Shown: positions 44,726-59,831 of the stretch, piece after piece
How positions within the stretch are numbered: the first letter of the stretch is position 1
How the letters are laid out: each line of letters starts with the position of its first letter
NCBI GenBank assembly: GCA_951406725.2
Contig: OX597832.1
Location: 62,186,001 to 62,250,000, forward strand
Direction of reading: 5' to 3'
From: Octopus vulgaris
Taxonomy: Eukaryota
DNA length: 64,000 nucleotides
Program-made: the position numbers and the translations under genes
Notes under the pieces: model-generated
Databases searched by the model: none
What the model was told of the DNA's origin: nothing
Seen by the model: the letters and a program-made list of their open reading frames with translations, nothing else

Positions 44726-46553
44726 ACTAATAATTTTCCAGTTGGGCGAGGGGTTCATATGGTGTAATATAAAGACTGAGCTTGATATACTATCAAGTGT
44801 AGAAGATACTAAATTATAAAGCCTGTTCCTTGTATCCTCAATGCATGTATTTTTATCGCACTGTTTCATGAAGTTTACCATAGATGAATTTTACCTTATG
44901 GTTATAAGGGCTGCATTGAAATTTGTTGTGGCAAAATACAGTTTCGCATCTTTTGCGTCTCATTATTCTCACCTTTGCTCAACAATATACTGTCAGTGAT
45001 CCAACCCTTGAACTGTTCTTGCCATCAATTCCCCTACATCTCGCTGCACAGCATCATAGATTATATTTTCCATAGAAATAAAAAGACAATGAAAATGTAT
45101 ATACTAGAACAGGCATATACAGCATACGTATCTATAGATACATACGTCCCTAAAAGAAGACGTACATATCTATATATATACATACATGAATAAAAAGAAG
45201 AAAGAGACATCCGTATCTCTATATACATGCGTGCTGGATTGTCAGATTAATTCGTTGTTTTTTCCTCCCACATACTTAAATCCTTTTCGATGTTATTTGA
45301 ATTAACACGAAAACTATTTTTATCGGAGAGGCTTATGCCTTTTTTTCTTCTGTAGTTCGTTCGTTATCTTTCTTGAAATTTGAATAAATTTGAGGACATA
45401 AGCATATAACGATGGAATACCGAGTAGGGGGAAAAAACAAACTTATACTACAAACCAATACACACACACACACACGTTATTTAATATACACAGAATTTTA
45501 TATTAAATGATATCTATCTTTCACTGGGTGAAGTACTTTTCTTGCAGATCCCAATAATCCAATAACGGAACAGCTAACATACATACATGCACATAGAAAC
45601 ACACGCTCAAGCACAAACACACGTTAGCGTTTTTAATGTGAAGATCCATCACACTATCAAACGGTTGTCTGTCTTAGGTAAACTTCCAATGTTTCATTTA
45701 CGAATATCATCAACGCGGCTCTGTTTTATTTTGTGTCTTTTTTCTAACTAGATTTCTCATGCATGGTCTGTGGGCAATATGTATCCGATAAAATATTGAT
45801 AGAATTATCGACTCTTTTGTTTGTTTGTTTATTTCCCTGGTATATCGATGACAATGCTAAATACTGTTGAGGCTGCGGTATATCTATCATATCTCTAAGA
45901 ATAAAAACAAACAAGTGAAAGAAAATTCAAAATGGAGGAGTTACTGAACTGTCAGATACCTAACAAGTTGTGCGTTCTATAATGTTTTATAATGTTTCAG
46001 CTGGAAGCTTATCACAAGTTGATTGGATCAACGTTTTGCCCTGGAATAGCTTCAGTAAATCCATGATGGAAATATAGCCTAGAGAGACATTTTCACATAT
46101 TCTGGGTGGCGATCAAAACGTAGTCTACACGAAGGGTTTCAAACAAAAGAAAAAAAAAAGGAAAAATATTAAAGCATATAATGCCTTAGTACTTACACAT
46201 AGATATTCTTTCACATATGTATCAACATACACACACACATACACTCACACATACACTCATTCACTTACACACACACACGCATATAATATTGTGCTCAGAG
46301 GAAACTTTGTCATTTCCTTAAATCTATATACATGTACATATATCTATCTTTTTATCGCTCTACGTATCGATCTAGCACAGTTTCTGCTCTCCCTCCTTTT
46401 CTCTCTTCTCTCACATAGATACAAACGCGGATGCATACGCATAAGATACTCTGTACATACAAGCACACATATAGCTAGTTATCTATTTATCTATCTAGTT
46501 AGCTAGCTAGATAGATAGATAGATTGACAGCTGTAGAATGAGGTAACAGATAT

Positions 46554-46605
46554 ACCTGGATCACGATTTCAAATTCTGGATAGTGCTTAATTCTCATCAG
46601 CCGGT
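46554..46605 (-). ncRNA. Type I hammerhead ribozyme motif, intact core
   Basis: Minus strand: accgg-CTGATGA-gaatt-aagcactatccag-aattt-GAAA-tcgtga-TC-caggt; lies between (GATA)n and (TA)n. Confidence 0.7.
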
Positions 46606-46651
46606 CTTGCATATATATACATACATATATATATATATACACACATACATG

Positions 46652-46737
<86 letters not shown>

Positions 46738-46741
<4 letters not shown>

Positions 46742-46950
46742 TGTGTCACTGTTCCCCCCCACACACACACACATACACACACCATCGTTTGACAACCGAT
46801 CTTGGTAACTTACAGTTCGGTAAAATTGACCGAGAGATTAAGTACTAGGCTTACAAAGAATAAGTCCTGGGGTCAATTTCTTTAGCTAAAAGGCGGTTCT
46901 CCAGCATGGCCGGAGTCACTTGACTGAAAGCAGTGAAAGAATAAAAAAGA
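46738..46950 (+). mobile_element. SINE family A, 3' half
   Basis: ttgacaaccgat...aagtactaggcttacaaagaataagtcctggggtc...ccagcatggcc. Confidence 0.75.
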
Positions 46951-46959
46951 ATAATATAT

Positions 46960-47130
46960 ATAAAGGGAAAGTTTACGAAAATAAACAAAAGACGAAGGCA
47001 ACAAACAGATGTATTAGTATAGCGCTCAGGAATAGAAAAAGTCTTTTACGTTTTGAGCCTACGTCCTTCTACAGATAGGGACACAGAAAAAACAAGGAGA
47101 GAAACAAGGGGAGAAAAAGAGGAGAGAAAA
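46960..47130 (-). mobile_element. Third copy of the A6U-hammerhead short repeat (decayed motif 47043-47078)
   Basis: Homologous to 8120-8300; core CTGTAGA, GAAA mutated to AAAA. Confidence 0.5.
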
Positions 47131-47938
47131 ATGTATGTATATGCATATGTATATGTGTGTATGTGTATGTATGTGTGTACATGTGTGTGTTACTGCTTAT
47201 ATGTATATGCCCTATCGATGTATACACAATGTGACAGAAATACACGCGAAAATGTTACGCGAGAATATACGCAAAAATTACAAGGATTCTGACCATGCTG
47301 AAGGAATATATATCATAACGAGCTTGAAATAGGTATGCCTCGCTCTATTTTTAAATATTACGTAACTGGATACACATGCGCAACTTCATGAATAAATATA
47401 ACACATATATATATTTATATATGCGTATATATATATAGTGTTGTTGAGATAAGACAAAAAAATAGAGCATTCTTGAAATATGTCAATGAAACAAGGAAAG
47501 AAAACGCTGCTTTGTAGCTTTCATCTTACGTAATGTGAACATCTGGCAGAAAGCAAAAAGAAGCTGACATTAATAGATAGCAAAATAGATAGACCGGATA
47601 TAACATTTTAAAAGTTATGCATGTTAATTGATAATGCAAGTTTTATTGTTTGCTTGTTTTTTTTACGTTATATATATATGTGTATATTTTTTTTATTTTT
47701 CTCCATCTCTCTACCAACCGAAACAAAATAGAAAATATAAGAATAGACATTTAAGAGAAAAACAATTGGGTCTGAGGCATCAGCACATTCTTTTTAACGT
47801 CTAGATTTTAATGTATATTTTTTTTTCTTCTCTCCTCTTTATATATTCATTTGTCTACATCTTCCAAGATTACAACTGCGAACAAATGAAATCACAACAA
47901 GAAGCGGAAATAGCAGCTGAAAATTTTGCCAAATTCCC

Positions 47939-48189
<251 letters not shown>

Positions 48190-48369
48190 GCAGCAGCAGC
48201 AGCAGGTGAGTCGGCGAACCGAATCTGCATGTTGGTACAATTCCATCGCCCCACCAGCCTGTTAACAGAAGGTTTTAGTGTTTCCGGTTGAGAGCAAAAA
48301 TTTCGTGAATGAAACGGGAAGTGGTGGCATTCGATTGAACGCTTGCTGTAAGTGTATTAAAATTCACTG

Positions 48370-48407
<38 letters not shown>

Positions 48408-48801
48408 GAAAGAGAAAGAGAGAGAGGGGAGGGCATGAGAGAGAAGTGTTTTGACTTTACTGCAGAACTGAGACCGAACTGTCGTCACATCTCTGATCGT
48501 CTTTACTTCTGTTTTTATTATCTTCCTGAAAGAATTGTTCGTAATATAGGCGCAAGATACGATATTCCGATGATGAAGCTACGCGATTACATCGTGCGCA
48601 ATGTATCAGAGGTAGTTTATTTAATCGACAGGGAAAGGGACGGAAAGGAACTGAACCTGGAACCTTGTGATTGGTAAACAAGCTTCATACCTGCACCAAT
48701 ATATGTGTGTGTGTGGGTATGTATATATATATATATGGGTAGATAGGTAGATAGATAGGTAGACAGATAGATAGATAGATGGATGGATTGATGGATGGAT
48801 G

Positions 48802-48838
<37 letters not shown>

Positions 48839-48848
48839 TTAGACAGAT

Positions 48849-48915
<67 letters not shown>

Positions 48916-50603
48916 GACCAACTGGCTTCGGAAAGGCATGAAGTGAGCAACATCCTTACTGCATCTCTTGAAATATACGGTCTTGAGACTTAACGAAAAG
49001 AAACAACAACTGAAGGAGTTTAGCATCGTCTATACGCATGTGTATCTGCGAGTGCGTGTGCGTGTGGCTGTGTTCTGTTGTTTTGGCATGTATATAAAAA
49101 GTACTGATATTTGATATGTGTGTACACAGATAAGGAAGATATTTGATATATGAAAATATGTGTTCTGCTGCGTATATATACATAGTGAACGTAGCTGTCA
49201 TGTATTGTGGTACGTAAATATTTAGCGAAGATAGTCGTTACGTGTCGACGAAGGCAATAGAATATTCAGTGCACTCCTACTTAGAACTGCATATTTCGTA
49301 CGTCTACAGATATCTTTGCACCGACGCATAACGTGCCTCGGTTTCGATTCTCTGTTAAAACTATTTCTACAGCATGGGAAACACCCAGGTACACCCTCTG
49401 CATCAAACAAAATTGGCTTGCAATACGTGGGGTGTAAGGCCCCAGTGATCAACTGGTACTTATTTTATCGACCCCAAAAGGACGAGAGGCAAAGCTGACC
49501 TTGGCGGAATTTGAACTGAGAACATATAGACGGGCTAAATGCCGCTTAGCATTTAGCCCAGCGTGCTGACGGCTCTGCCAGGTCTCTGCTTTAAAATAAA
49601 CAAACTGACCCTTAATACTATATCTAAAAAGCGACCCAAGTAACGATATCCATTTGCCGTATTTGATGGCATATAATGGCACTTTCTCCTCCAAAATTGT
49701 CTCAGAGTATCAATATGGATTGTATTTGCGAAGTGGGGTGTGTGTTACATTTTGAAATGCAATGCAAACAATTTTTTGTGTGTGTCTGAATATGCGCTGC
49801 TTTTATTGGGGTGCTTCTAACACATCCGTGCAATTATAAAACCATTGTGATTGTAAAGGCTCATTAGCATAATTTATTTAACACGCTTCATACAACTTAA
49901 TGTATCCCCACCAATATATTTAGTTGATTTATATGAATTTTGTTCAGCACTGTCAAAAATTTAGTTGAAAAACGAAATATGATAATATTACGGCTTTCTA
50001 ATTATCTTTCTTTAAACGATGTAGTATTTGTACCGAGTGAAAATTGAAACAGCATTGATTTCATTTAAAAGAAAAAAGCATGAAAAGGATTTTGTACAGT
50101 GAAGCATTTATCAAGGATATCACTAACGTCTGTGAAGCAAAATGTGGTTGTCTGAATAGAGATACATTTAAACGCTCTCAGGTATGAATAGCCAAATCGT
50201 ATCAACGGTTTTCCCTTCAGCACAGAATGGTCTTGTCCCAAGATATAAATCCTCCTCACATTTGATGTTTCTGGAAGCATACCACTAGATGGCGCTCAAA
50301 GCAACGTAAAACTCTTCTGTGACAAGGGATGCTTTCTACAGTCGCTTAATCTCTCCGATAACCCCCCCCCCACCAAATCGTCCTCAAATGTGTGGCGACC
50401 GTCTTGGCAATCTTATGGTTATCTTCAACTCTTCGGGAAACAGAACCCGGTATCTTCGTTATTTGCTATGCTGAGCGTCTCACATACAGGTCATTTGTGA
50501 GATATATTACTCAAACAGGTTTAGGGTTGTAAAAAAAATTATAAAAATAGTATTTCCGGAGGAGGTTCACTGCTGACGTTTCGGATGTTCTTTACGCTTT
50601 TCG

Positions 50604-50885
50604 TCACAATGTTTCTGTAAATATATTTTTGATGCTGTTGTATAGCAAGTGTTGTCTGAGAGAGACTAAACGGCATTGGAAGACTCCTTGCATTGATAAC
50701 AATCCCCTACCGTTTTCATCTCTTCTTAAATAGAACCTGTCAATAACACTTTTTCTATGGATGTTACCAGTTGATATCAGAAATTTACGGGTTTTAATGT
50801 ATGTGGAGTGAATTTCCTCTCTAGACCGGACGAGTATCCCAATTGTTGGTTTCAGCACTGGTACTACAAAAGCATTGTGGGATAT
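50604..50885 (-). mobile_element. R4/Dong-like RT C-terminal fragment
   Basis: HNAFVVPVLKPTIGIL...IKTRKFLISTGNIHRKSVIDRFYLRRDENGRGLLS; overlaps in protein position with the 40345-40800 fragment. Confidence 0.8.
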
Positions 50886-51163
50886 CGGCTTGTCTTGTCG
50901 TAAACGAAGAATAGCGACTGCGATACATTTCTGAGTTTGGTATGACTTAGAAGTCTCGGGTAACCCTATCTTTATTCAACAAACCTTCGTACGATTTTTT
51001 AGTCACTACGTATCTATTTCCAATAGTCTTTGTGGGGAACTGGAGTGACAGAGCGACTGTTGATGGATAAGAGCATGCGTAGGGGATTGGTATCCAGGCT
51101 CAATAACCAAATACGAACACTTCCTTAGACCAAATTCCATGTATATGTATATATAAATGTTTG

Positions 51164-51195
<32 letters not shown>

Positions 51196-52429
51196 TGTAT
51201 GTATGTATGTATGTATGTATGTAGGTATGTATGTATGTATGTGTATGTATGTATGTGTATGTACGTATGCATGTATGTATTTATGTATATATGTATCTAC
51301 GTACGTATATGTATATATATATATGTATGCATGTATGCATGTATGTATATATATATATGTATGCATGTATGTATATATATATATGTTTGTACGTATGTAT
51401 AAATATATATGTATATATATATATGTATATATGTGTGTATGTAAGTATGTATGTATGTATGTTGCATGTATGAATTTTGCATATATTCATAAACGTGCAT
51501 ATGCATATGTATTATGTATATGTGTATGTATGTGTGTTTGTGCTCGTGCGCGCGTGTGTTAGAATGTATCGATGGATAGCTTTGCCGTTGCATTTTCCTT
51601 GCATAGTTATATATACATATGCACACACATTTGTATGCAGGCATACAGATATTAGTGTATTTGGAATGTCTTCATATGCTAACAGATCAATTAGTTTCTA
51701 AAATACACGATTTTCGTCAAAACCAATATTATTATATTATTGAACACAGCAGGGAGACATTTATAAAACTAGCATGTCAAAACTAAAGAAATTAATTTAA
51801 AATCTTTTAAATCAACGCCTCATATTTTACCAGAATCTTAAATATTCGGTGTTCCTCGTGCCTGCAACAGTGAGCTGCTTTAGAAAGATAAACATCGTTA
51901 TTATGTGAATCCTCAACCTAGATATTAAGTATATTTATGTCATTAAGATGTGATCAAGTATGATTCTAACTGCACCAGAGCTTAATTAAAATCTAAGTCC
52001 TAATGAAAAAAATTCGTTATTTTTGCCTGTGTATAGACATATCCGAAAGCACAAATTGCAATGTATTAAGAATTTGCCGGCGTTCTTAATACATTCCGGC
52101 AGATTCGAACGCAAATATGCTAATAGCTGCTGTGCAAGTCATAAGAGAACAACTTATCCATTTTACGACCATATTATGTTCGTAACAGGCTTAGCATATA
52201 AACACAAGAGGTCTGCGAAACCTGTGTTTTGACATGTTATGTCCCGTCAGTCAGTTGTGTCCGGAATCTTGAACATAAACAAACCACTGGCGTTGTTTAT
52301 AATTTCAGCGAACAAGCTGTTTGCTGATCAATGCTGATATTTACCGACCATAAAAAAATCGTTATTTGTACTGTGTACAGCGATATCTTGAGTCCTGATT
52401 CCTATATTTATTCTTAGTAACGTACCTAC

Positions 52430-53505
52430 ATTGATTTCTAATTTAAGCACAATGTTCGGAATTTGAGGTTGAGAGCGTTGCTTTTGGTAACATCAACCAC
52501 AGAATTTCAGTAAGATACAACAGAAAACAGAACCTGGCGGGATTTTGAGTCAGAATGTTAAAGTGGGAAGAAATATCACAAGGCCCTTTTCCGACGCTCT
52601 AGCAACTGTGCCCGTTCACTGTATTAATAATAACGGCGATTGTTTCTACAACAAGCAGAACCCTAAAATTGTTGGGGTTGAGCGAGTCAGTTACATTGAT
52701 CCCAGTACTTAGTCTATCGGCCCTGAAATGGTGAAAAGCAAAATCGACCTCGGTGAAATGTGAATGTAGAACTATTAAAGCCGGAGGAAATTACCACTGA
52801 AATATAGTGAGCAAGTTGGTAACGAGGTTGACATCGGGCCATCTTAAAAACCCTTTCTGATTTTGGCACACGGTCAGCTATTTTGAGGGGAGGGGGAAGT
52901 CGATTACATCAATGCCAGTACCTGACTCGTGCCTAATTTCTTGATCCTGAAGGGCTGAAAGACAACCTCAGTAGAATTTGGATTTCGAACGTAGAGCCGA
53001 AAGAACTATCGTAATCATATTTTGTCTGCTATCACGTTTCTCTAATCAAAGTTTATATAATGATAATTGCTTCAAAATTCGACACAATGCCAGCAATATT
53101 TAGCGGGGCGGGGAAACTTAGTCGATATCATCATGTTAAGTACTTGAATGTTAACTGATTTTGTCGCCCTCCAATTCCCTATTTGAGGAAATGCCGCTAA
53201 GCGTTTCAATCGGTGTCCTAACGCTTCAGCCAGGCCCCCGCCATATTAATGCCTTAATAATAAAAAAGGTTAATAATAATAATAATTATTATTATTCGTT
53301 TTAATTTGACTAAAGGTCAGTAATTATGAAGGGTGTGGGTAATTCGACTACATTACCCACTGGACTTGATTGGTACTTTATTTTATTTACCCTGAAAGGG
53401 CGGTAGGCAAAGTTGACCTCGGCGGGAGTTTGAACTCAGAACATAAAAAGCTGATAAAATCACCGCTAAACATTGTATCCAACGCATTAACAATCCTACC
53501 AGCTT
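52430..53505 (-). mobile_element. Series of old, diverged SINE family B copies
   Basis: About five decayed units with gtcgattacat...ccagtac...gacctcggcg...gaactcagaa motifs. Confidence 0.6.
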
Positions 53506-53514
53506 TCGACCTTT

Positions 53515-53553
<39 letters not shown>

Positions 53554-53592
53554 GCTGTTGTTGTTGTTGATATTATTATTATTATTATTATT

Positions 53593-53644
<52 letters not shown>

Positions 53645-54384
53645 TTAATAATAACAACAACAACAACAACAACAATAATATTAATAACAATCATCATAGC
53701 AATGTTATGCCAGTTATCAAAGCCCGTATAGAATATATGGTATACCTACGTTAAAACTTACACAAAGTTTACAGGAACGTATGTCTATATTTGGTGCTAT
53801 GTGAATTCCACAGTATATGCAACATTAAATATTGGTTACGCATTTATAAATCCATGAGAGCAGCACCAAAGTTTTAATTAATATTTCGGCTTCATATTTC
53901 AAAGTTACAATAATTCTTGTGCGATATTGCATAGCCTCTGGGGAAAGGCACCATATTCTATAGAATTTTAGTGCAAATTCAACAGCTAAAAATTACAAGC
54001 GTTACTATCGTACTTATTTGCAATGCAGTGTATAATGCTGGTTTAACCAGATTTAAAAGTATGGACAAACCTTCAGATTTTATACTAATTTGTGCTATAG
54101 TCTCATGGAAGACGTCACTACTCAATAAGTCTTTTAATGAATATGTCTGACGGTCTGTTTCAAGGTCTGCAAGTGGAAGACTTAGGCCTGGCAGTGCGTT
54201 TAAGTAGCTTGCTTTATAACTGTGTGGTGTCGGGTTCAATTACTTCGCGGCACCTTGAGTAGTTGTTTTCTAGTATAACACATTCCTCTTCTCAAATTCT
54301 TCCCAACATCTCTTCATTATCATTCAATCTCGTTCTCTGAAGTCCTTCATTCTCATTCATAGTATGCTTTCTGTTTGACTTTCT

Positions 54385-54530
54385 ATGTTCTTCTCTCCTT
54401 CTCTATATATCTTTCTCTCTCTCTCTTTTTCACCCTATCACTTCTCCCTTAATCCCCTCTCCCCTCTTTATCAACTTCTCCCTTTATCTCTCTCTCTAAT
54501 TCTCCCTCTATCTCTTTCTCTACTTACTGT

Positions 54531-54576
<46 letters not shown>

Positions 54577-54711
54577 ACTGTTTTCTCCTTCTCTCTTTAT
54601 ATCTCTCTGTCTCACTTTTTCGTTCTCGTTCTCTTTCAGTTTCACTGTTCCTTTATCCCTCTCTATCAATCTCTTTCTTTCTTTCTTTCTTCTTCTCCGT
54701 ATCTTTTTTCA

Positions 54712-54746
<35 letters not shown>

Positions 54747-54906
54747 CTTTTTCACTCCCATCCTCCCTTTATCTCTTTTTCTATCACTCTCTCCCTATGT
54801 CACCATTCCTCTCGCTCTCTTTCTCTCTTTCACTTTCATTCTCTTTCTATGCCCCAACCTCATCATCGCTCCCTCTCTATCTGTCTCTGTCTATCCATTC
54901 TGTTTG

Positions 54907-54957
<51 letters not shown>

Positions 54958-54985
54958 TCTCTTACACACACTTTTCCTCTTTAAA
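54385..54985. repeat. Polypyrimidine/(CT)n low-complexity tract
   Basis: Direct reading. Confidence 0.9.
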
Positions 54986-55733
54986 CTTTCTTCTTGCTTC
55001 GAAAATAAAACAGAAAGATAATTTTCGGGAACCGTATACAAGAATTCAAAGACAACGAATTTTTTTAAAACTTATATTTGTATTTATTTTATTTCATGTA
55101 TTATATACATTTTTATTTGTTGGGGCATCTAAAAAAAATCTAAGATATTCGCGTGCCGTGCATTGGTGTGGAATTATGACGTCATAGCATGGAAGAAATT
55201 CGGTAGTTTTACACGATCGTCTAAAGTAAGAAACTCTGCAAATAAAAAATCGAATAAAGCCAAAGAACAGCAAAGAAACAGTGTGTGTATTTGTGTGCCT
55301 GTGTGTGTGCATGTGTGTGTGTGTGCGCATGAATATGTGTGTTTTTTTGTATGTTGTGTGTATGTGTCAATTGAGAGTGTCAATGTGTGTCTGCGAATAT
55401 GTGCGTGTGTATGCGTGTGTGGGTGTATGTGTTTCAATGTTTTTCTGTGAATATGTGTGTGCGTGTGTGTGTCAATATGTATGGATACGTATGTAAGTAC
55501 ATTTGCATTTATCTGTCTATCTATATATCTATCTCTCTATCAGTATGTCTACGTACCTCATCGCGTGTATGAACGTGCGTATGTTTACATAATTGAATAT
55601 CTGTGTATATATGTATACCAATATATATATATTTATAATAATGATGTATGTATGTGTGTGTATTTCCATGTGTCTATATATTATGCAATACATATGTACT
55701 GTGTGAATATCGTATGTTCATAGATATGTGTGT

Positions 55734-55781
<48 letters not shown>

Positions 55782-55851
55782 TGTATATATATACATATAT
55801 ACATATATACATATATGTATATATGCATATATATATGTATATATACATACG

Positions 55852-55901
<50 letters not shown>

Positions 55902-57469
55902 TATATATACATGCGTACACTCATGCATATATATATACACATATACACACACATGCATATATATATATATTTCAACAAAATTTTATATATATGTAATATG
56001 GATGTATAATATATGTATAATATATGTGTGTGTTTGTATATGTATAAGCTTCTATAACGATAACATAAATAAATATATAGTTTCTCAGAGAAAAAAGCCA
56101 AGAAGGTGAGTGTTTAGAAAGAAAATTACTTGGTCTGAGTCCAAAATAAACAACTTCTTTGAACGTCTCAACGTAACCACGCGATGTAGGTAGACTGACA
56201 AACACCAACGGATAACGCTAGAGAAAATGGCAGATGGAGAGACAGAAGAAAAGATACAGAAGAAGAAGAAGGGAAGAAATATATATTGAAAAGAAAAAGA
56301 AATGTAATGAAATAGAAAGGGAATGAGATGAGAAACTGGAGAGAGAAGAAATGAAAAGCAAAGATATTTGAAAGAAAGAAATACGTCAAACAAAATATAG
56401 AAAGGAATTACAGGCGGGAAGCGAGAGTGGCATGAAAATCAAGAGATGAGAATAAATAAATAAATGTAGAAATAAAGGAAAAAGAAATAAATGAGGAAAG
56501 GAAGAAGGAATGTGAGAAAGGCAGAGGAAATTGAAAGAAAACAAAGCAAGGATGGGAAGAGAGGAGAAGAAAGCACGAAAGAAGACGAGAAAGAAAATAA
56601 GAAAGGATTTAGAAGGAGGGAGATTCAAACATGGCGCTTCCATTTTACCCATTGTGTATGAATTTTGGCCTCGTGAACCGTGTGTGTCGTGTTATTATTT
56701 ATGTTTGGTTATATTTATGATTGTGTAAATATGTGTGTGTGTGTGTGTGTGTGTGAAATGGACGCATGCGCAAAGAATAGCATTCTTTTGTTTATATTGT
56801 TTCCATATATTACCGATCGTTTACATACAGCGTTTTTGACAAATATTTGTTTCGCATGCCATTCAGGCATGTTGACGAATGTAAAAATGTTTAGTGCTAA
56901 CATCCCTCACCTTTCCCAAGTGAAAAAATAAAGCTATCACGTTCAAGAAATTAAATGCAAGAAAGGAAAGAGATGGGAAGGAATCAAAATTATGTTTCTC
57001 TTTGGCTTTTGTGGCGTTCGCCATCGAACTTGCCTCGTATGTCTTAACTTCTAAATAGACATTTAGCAAGTTCTGCGCTTCCGAGTCTACGACTCTTTAC
57101 TTGAGTGTATCTACGTGTATTGCAGGAAACGGTTATTGTTTTTTCCTCTTTTTTTTTTTTACATTCGTTTTCTCCTTTTTTTTTCAGTCATTGGACTGAG
57201 GCCATGCTGGAGCACTGCTTTGAAATGATTTGAGTTGGGCAAATCGACCGCAACCTTTATATTTTTGCCTTTTTAAAGTTTTATACTTATTGTGTCAAAC
57301 TTCTCCGGAGACGTAACCAAAACCAGCACTCATGGTAAAACAAAAACAAACACAAACAGGCGCACACACACACCCATCCACACACACACACTACATTTAC
57401 ACCACGCGTATGTAATACGTAATGACCATTATTTATGACTTGACTTGTATATACATTTATGTATTTGCA

Positions 57470-57690
57470 TACAGACTTAAAAAAAGAAGGAACCCCATAT
57501 ATAATTACATAGAAGATCCTTGAAAAACCGAGGACTTATAGAAATGGGAGCAAGCGTTGCAATCATTGCTTCCGAAATGAGGAAATATCCTGAAAAACTC
57601 GCTCGACCGGGGTACTTTTTAAACTCCAGGGAAGAAGTATTCAGTCAATCCCCATATCTAAAACATTTCCTACAACAAATTTGGAAATCT
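57470..57690 (+). mobile_element. Penelope-like element C-terminal fragment (second lineage)
   Basis: LKKEGTPYIIT*KILEKPRTYRNGSKRCNHC, then after a frameshift FLNSREEVFSQSPYLKHFL; matches the I.WKI...Y..GSKRC.LC...LN.R.E C-terminal pattern of PLE GIY-YIG ORFs. Confidence 0.65.
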
Positions 57691-58016
57691 CCGTTCATTG
57701 AATAGGTGCGCCTCACCACCGTCGAATAACACTGCAGCCACAGTTGATAGAAGGTGGATAACCTCGTCACGGCTGCAGCACCCCTGCGCAAACCAATATT
57801 TTTTGCTTACAAACTAGCTCACCGAGGAGATTTTATTCCTCAAGTTGTAGAGAGAGTATGCGCCTTCAGATATTTGAATCAGACGTGTCACGTATATTGC
57901 TAAACGCTTTATATATGCGAAACCAATGTCGCGAAACCTCTACACACACGCGCACACACAGACACACACACACAGACACACACACACAGACATACACACA
58001 GACACACACAGACACA

Positions 58017-58101
<85 letters not shown>

Positions 58102-58506
58102 GACGGGAAGGAACATAGTTTCCATAAATGAATTTTAGAAACCATTAGTCGACGCGAGGCTACAGTGAGTGAAACTTGCCCAAGCTGCAGCACGGTAGAA
58201 TTGTACCACAAACAACGTAGCTGCAAAGCAAGTTTCTTAACCACATCGACGCGTCTGTTTATGCTTCATTTTCCAAACGCGACAGACTAAGAATAATCAG
58301 ACATGGTGCTTGAAACTGGTCGTGAGAACTTAATGGTACAAGTAAAAGATTTTTTGGTATTACGTCTCCCAGAATTTCTCTTGATCAGAGAGGCCATCTA
58401 GTTCTTTTGGATCATTTAAGGCTCTATTGTAGCAAATGATATCAGAAGGATTTGACAGCTATATCTAGCAGATGGATTAAGCGCATCGAGGTTCACTTGC
58501 TGGGTC

Positions 58507-58676
58507 GTTGTTGCTGCTGTTGTTGTTGTTGTTGTTGTTGTTCTTCTTCTTCTTCTTCTTCTTCTTCTTCTTCTTCTTCTTCTTCTTCTTCGTCTTCTTC
58601 TTCTTCTTCTTCTTCTTCTTCTTCTTCTTCTTCTTCTTCTTCTTCTTCTTCTTCTTCTTCTTCTTCTTCTTCTTCT
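58507..58676. repeat. (TTG)n-(TTC)n microsatellite
   Basis: Direct reading. Confidence 0.95.
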
Positions 58677-59032
58677 ACTTGCCGATGTTGTAGTATGAAT
58701 TTGCATTTAGGAGCGGATATGCAGGCGTCACGTAGGGAGGGAAATCGACAGCTACGAATAAACTTATTTGAACTGTTGTACAAAATACAGTTCGTCTCAC
58801 CAAACAGACTGTCTGGCGTATTCCAACATGCTGAAGTCAATTGCACGGTGCGTAACGTAGCCGTCCAATTCCGATGGAATCTTAAGTTCTTTGTGTACGT
58901 TTGTTGTTGTTGTGGCTTAAAGATGGGGTAGCCTCCAAACCCATACGTGTTGGGAGACATGTTTTAACAATAACCGTCTAAGTCTTATAAAGTCATATGT
59001 TACTTCAACTATATGCCAATATTATTCCACAA

Positions 59033-59225
59033 GGTGGCGAGCTGGCAGAAACGTTAGCACGCCGGGCGAAATTCTTAGCATTATTTCGTCTGTTATTACT
59101 TTTTGAGTTCAAATCCCGCCGAGGTCTACTTCACCTTTTATCCTTTCGGAGTCGAAAAATTAAGCACCAGTTGCGTACTGAAGTAGATCTAATCGACTGG
59201 TCCTCTCCCCCAAAATATTCAAAAG
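59033..59225 (+). mobile_element. SINE family B copy
   Basis: ggtggcgagctggcagaaacgttagcacgccgggcgaaa...gagttcaaatcccgccgaggtc. Confidence 0.85.
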
Positions 59226-59279
59226 TATTCCAGCTAATTATGGTGGTACCTGTGGAGTGTATATGCGTCTTATTTCATC

Positions 59280-59323
<44 letters not shown>

Positions 59324-59448
59324 TACAGATATAGGGTGAAATATAATTAATGTAATAAAATCAACAAATTTTACCTAGTAGTATTTCGGTATGGAAAAGG
59401 ACCATATTCGGTAAATAGTTATACAAAATGTTTTTTTTTTATATATAA

Positions 59449-59644
59449 ATATAACAATAAGGGTCTAGCAACAAGTTGCTTGACCGCATACCGAAAATTT
59501 TAGAAATAGCAGCCAAAGGACTACTATTTCCTTTTTGTACAAAACTATGTCTCCACAGACAACAATATTTGTAACTCACATATGGCATATGTGAGTTACA
59601 AAGACGTGGCCAAGCAACTTGCTGCTAAACCCTTATTGTTATAT
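59449..59644. repeat. Short inverted-repeat element with nested perfect palindrome
   Basis: Arms 59449-59485/59608-59644; tttgtaactcacatatg-g-catatgtgagttacaaa at 59568-59602. Confidence 0.8.
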
Positions 59645-59831
59645 ATATATATAAATATACATATATATATATGTCCCAGACTAATGTATTTATATACTTA
59701 TATGTGTGTGTATTTATGAGCGTGCGCATGTGTGTGCATATACCTTGTTATGATTATATGTATATCCACATGCACATATATGCATGTAAATATATATGAC
59801 ATATATATATATATTATATATATATATAAAT

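Noticed and set aside
44850-45080. Faint PLE-RT-like words (FMKFTIDEFY; ISLHS..)
   Set aside because: Similarity is too weak to support without a profile search.
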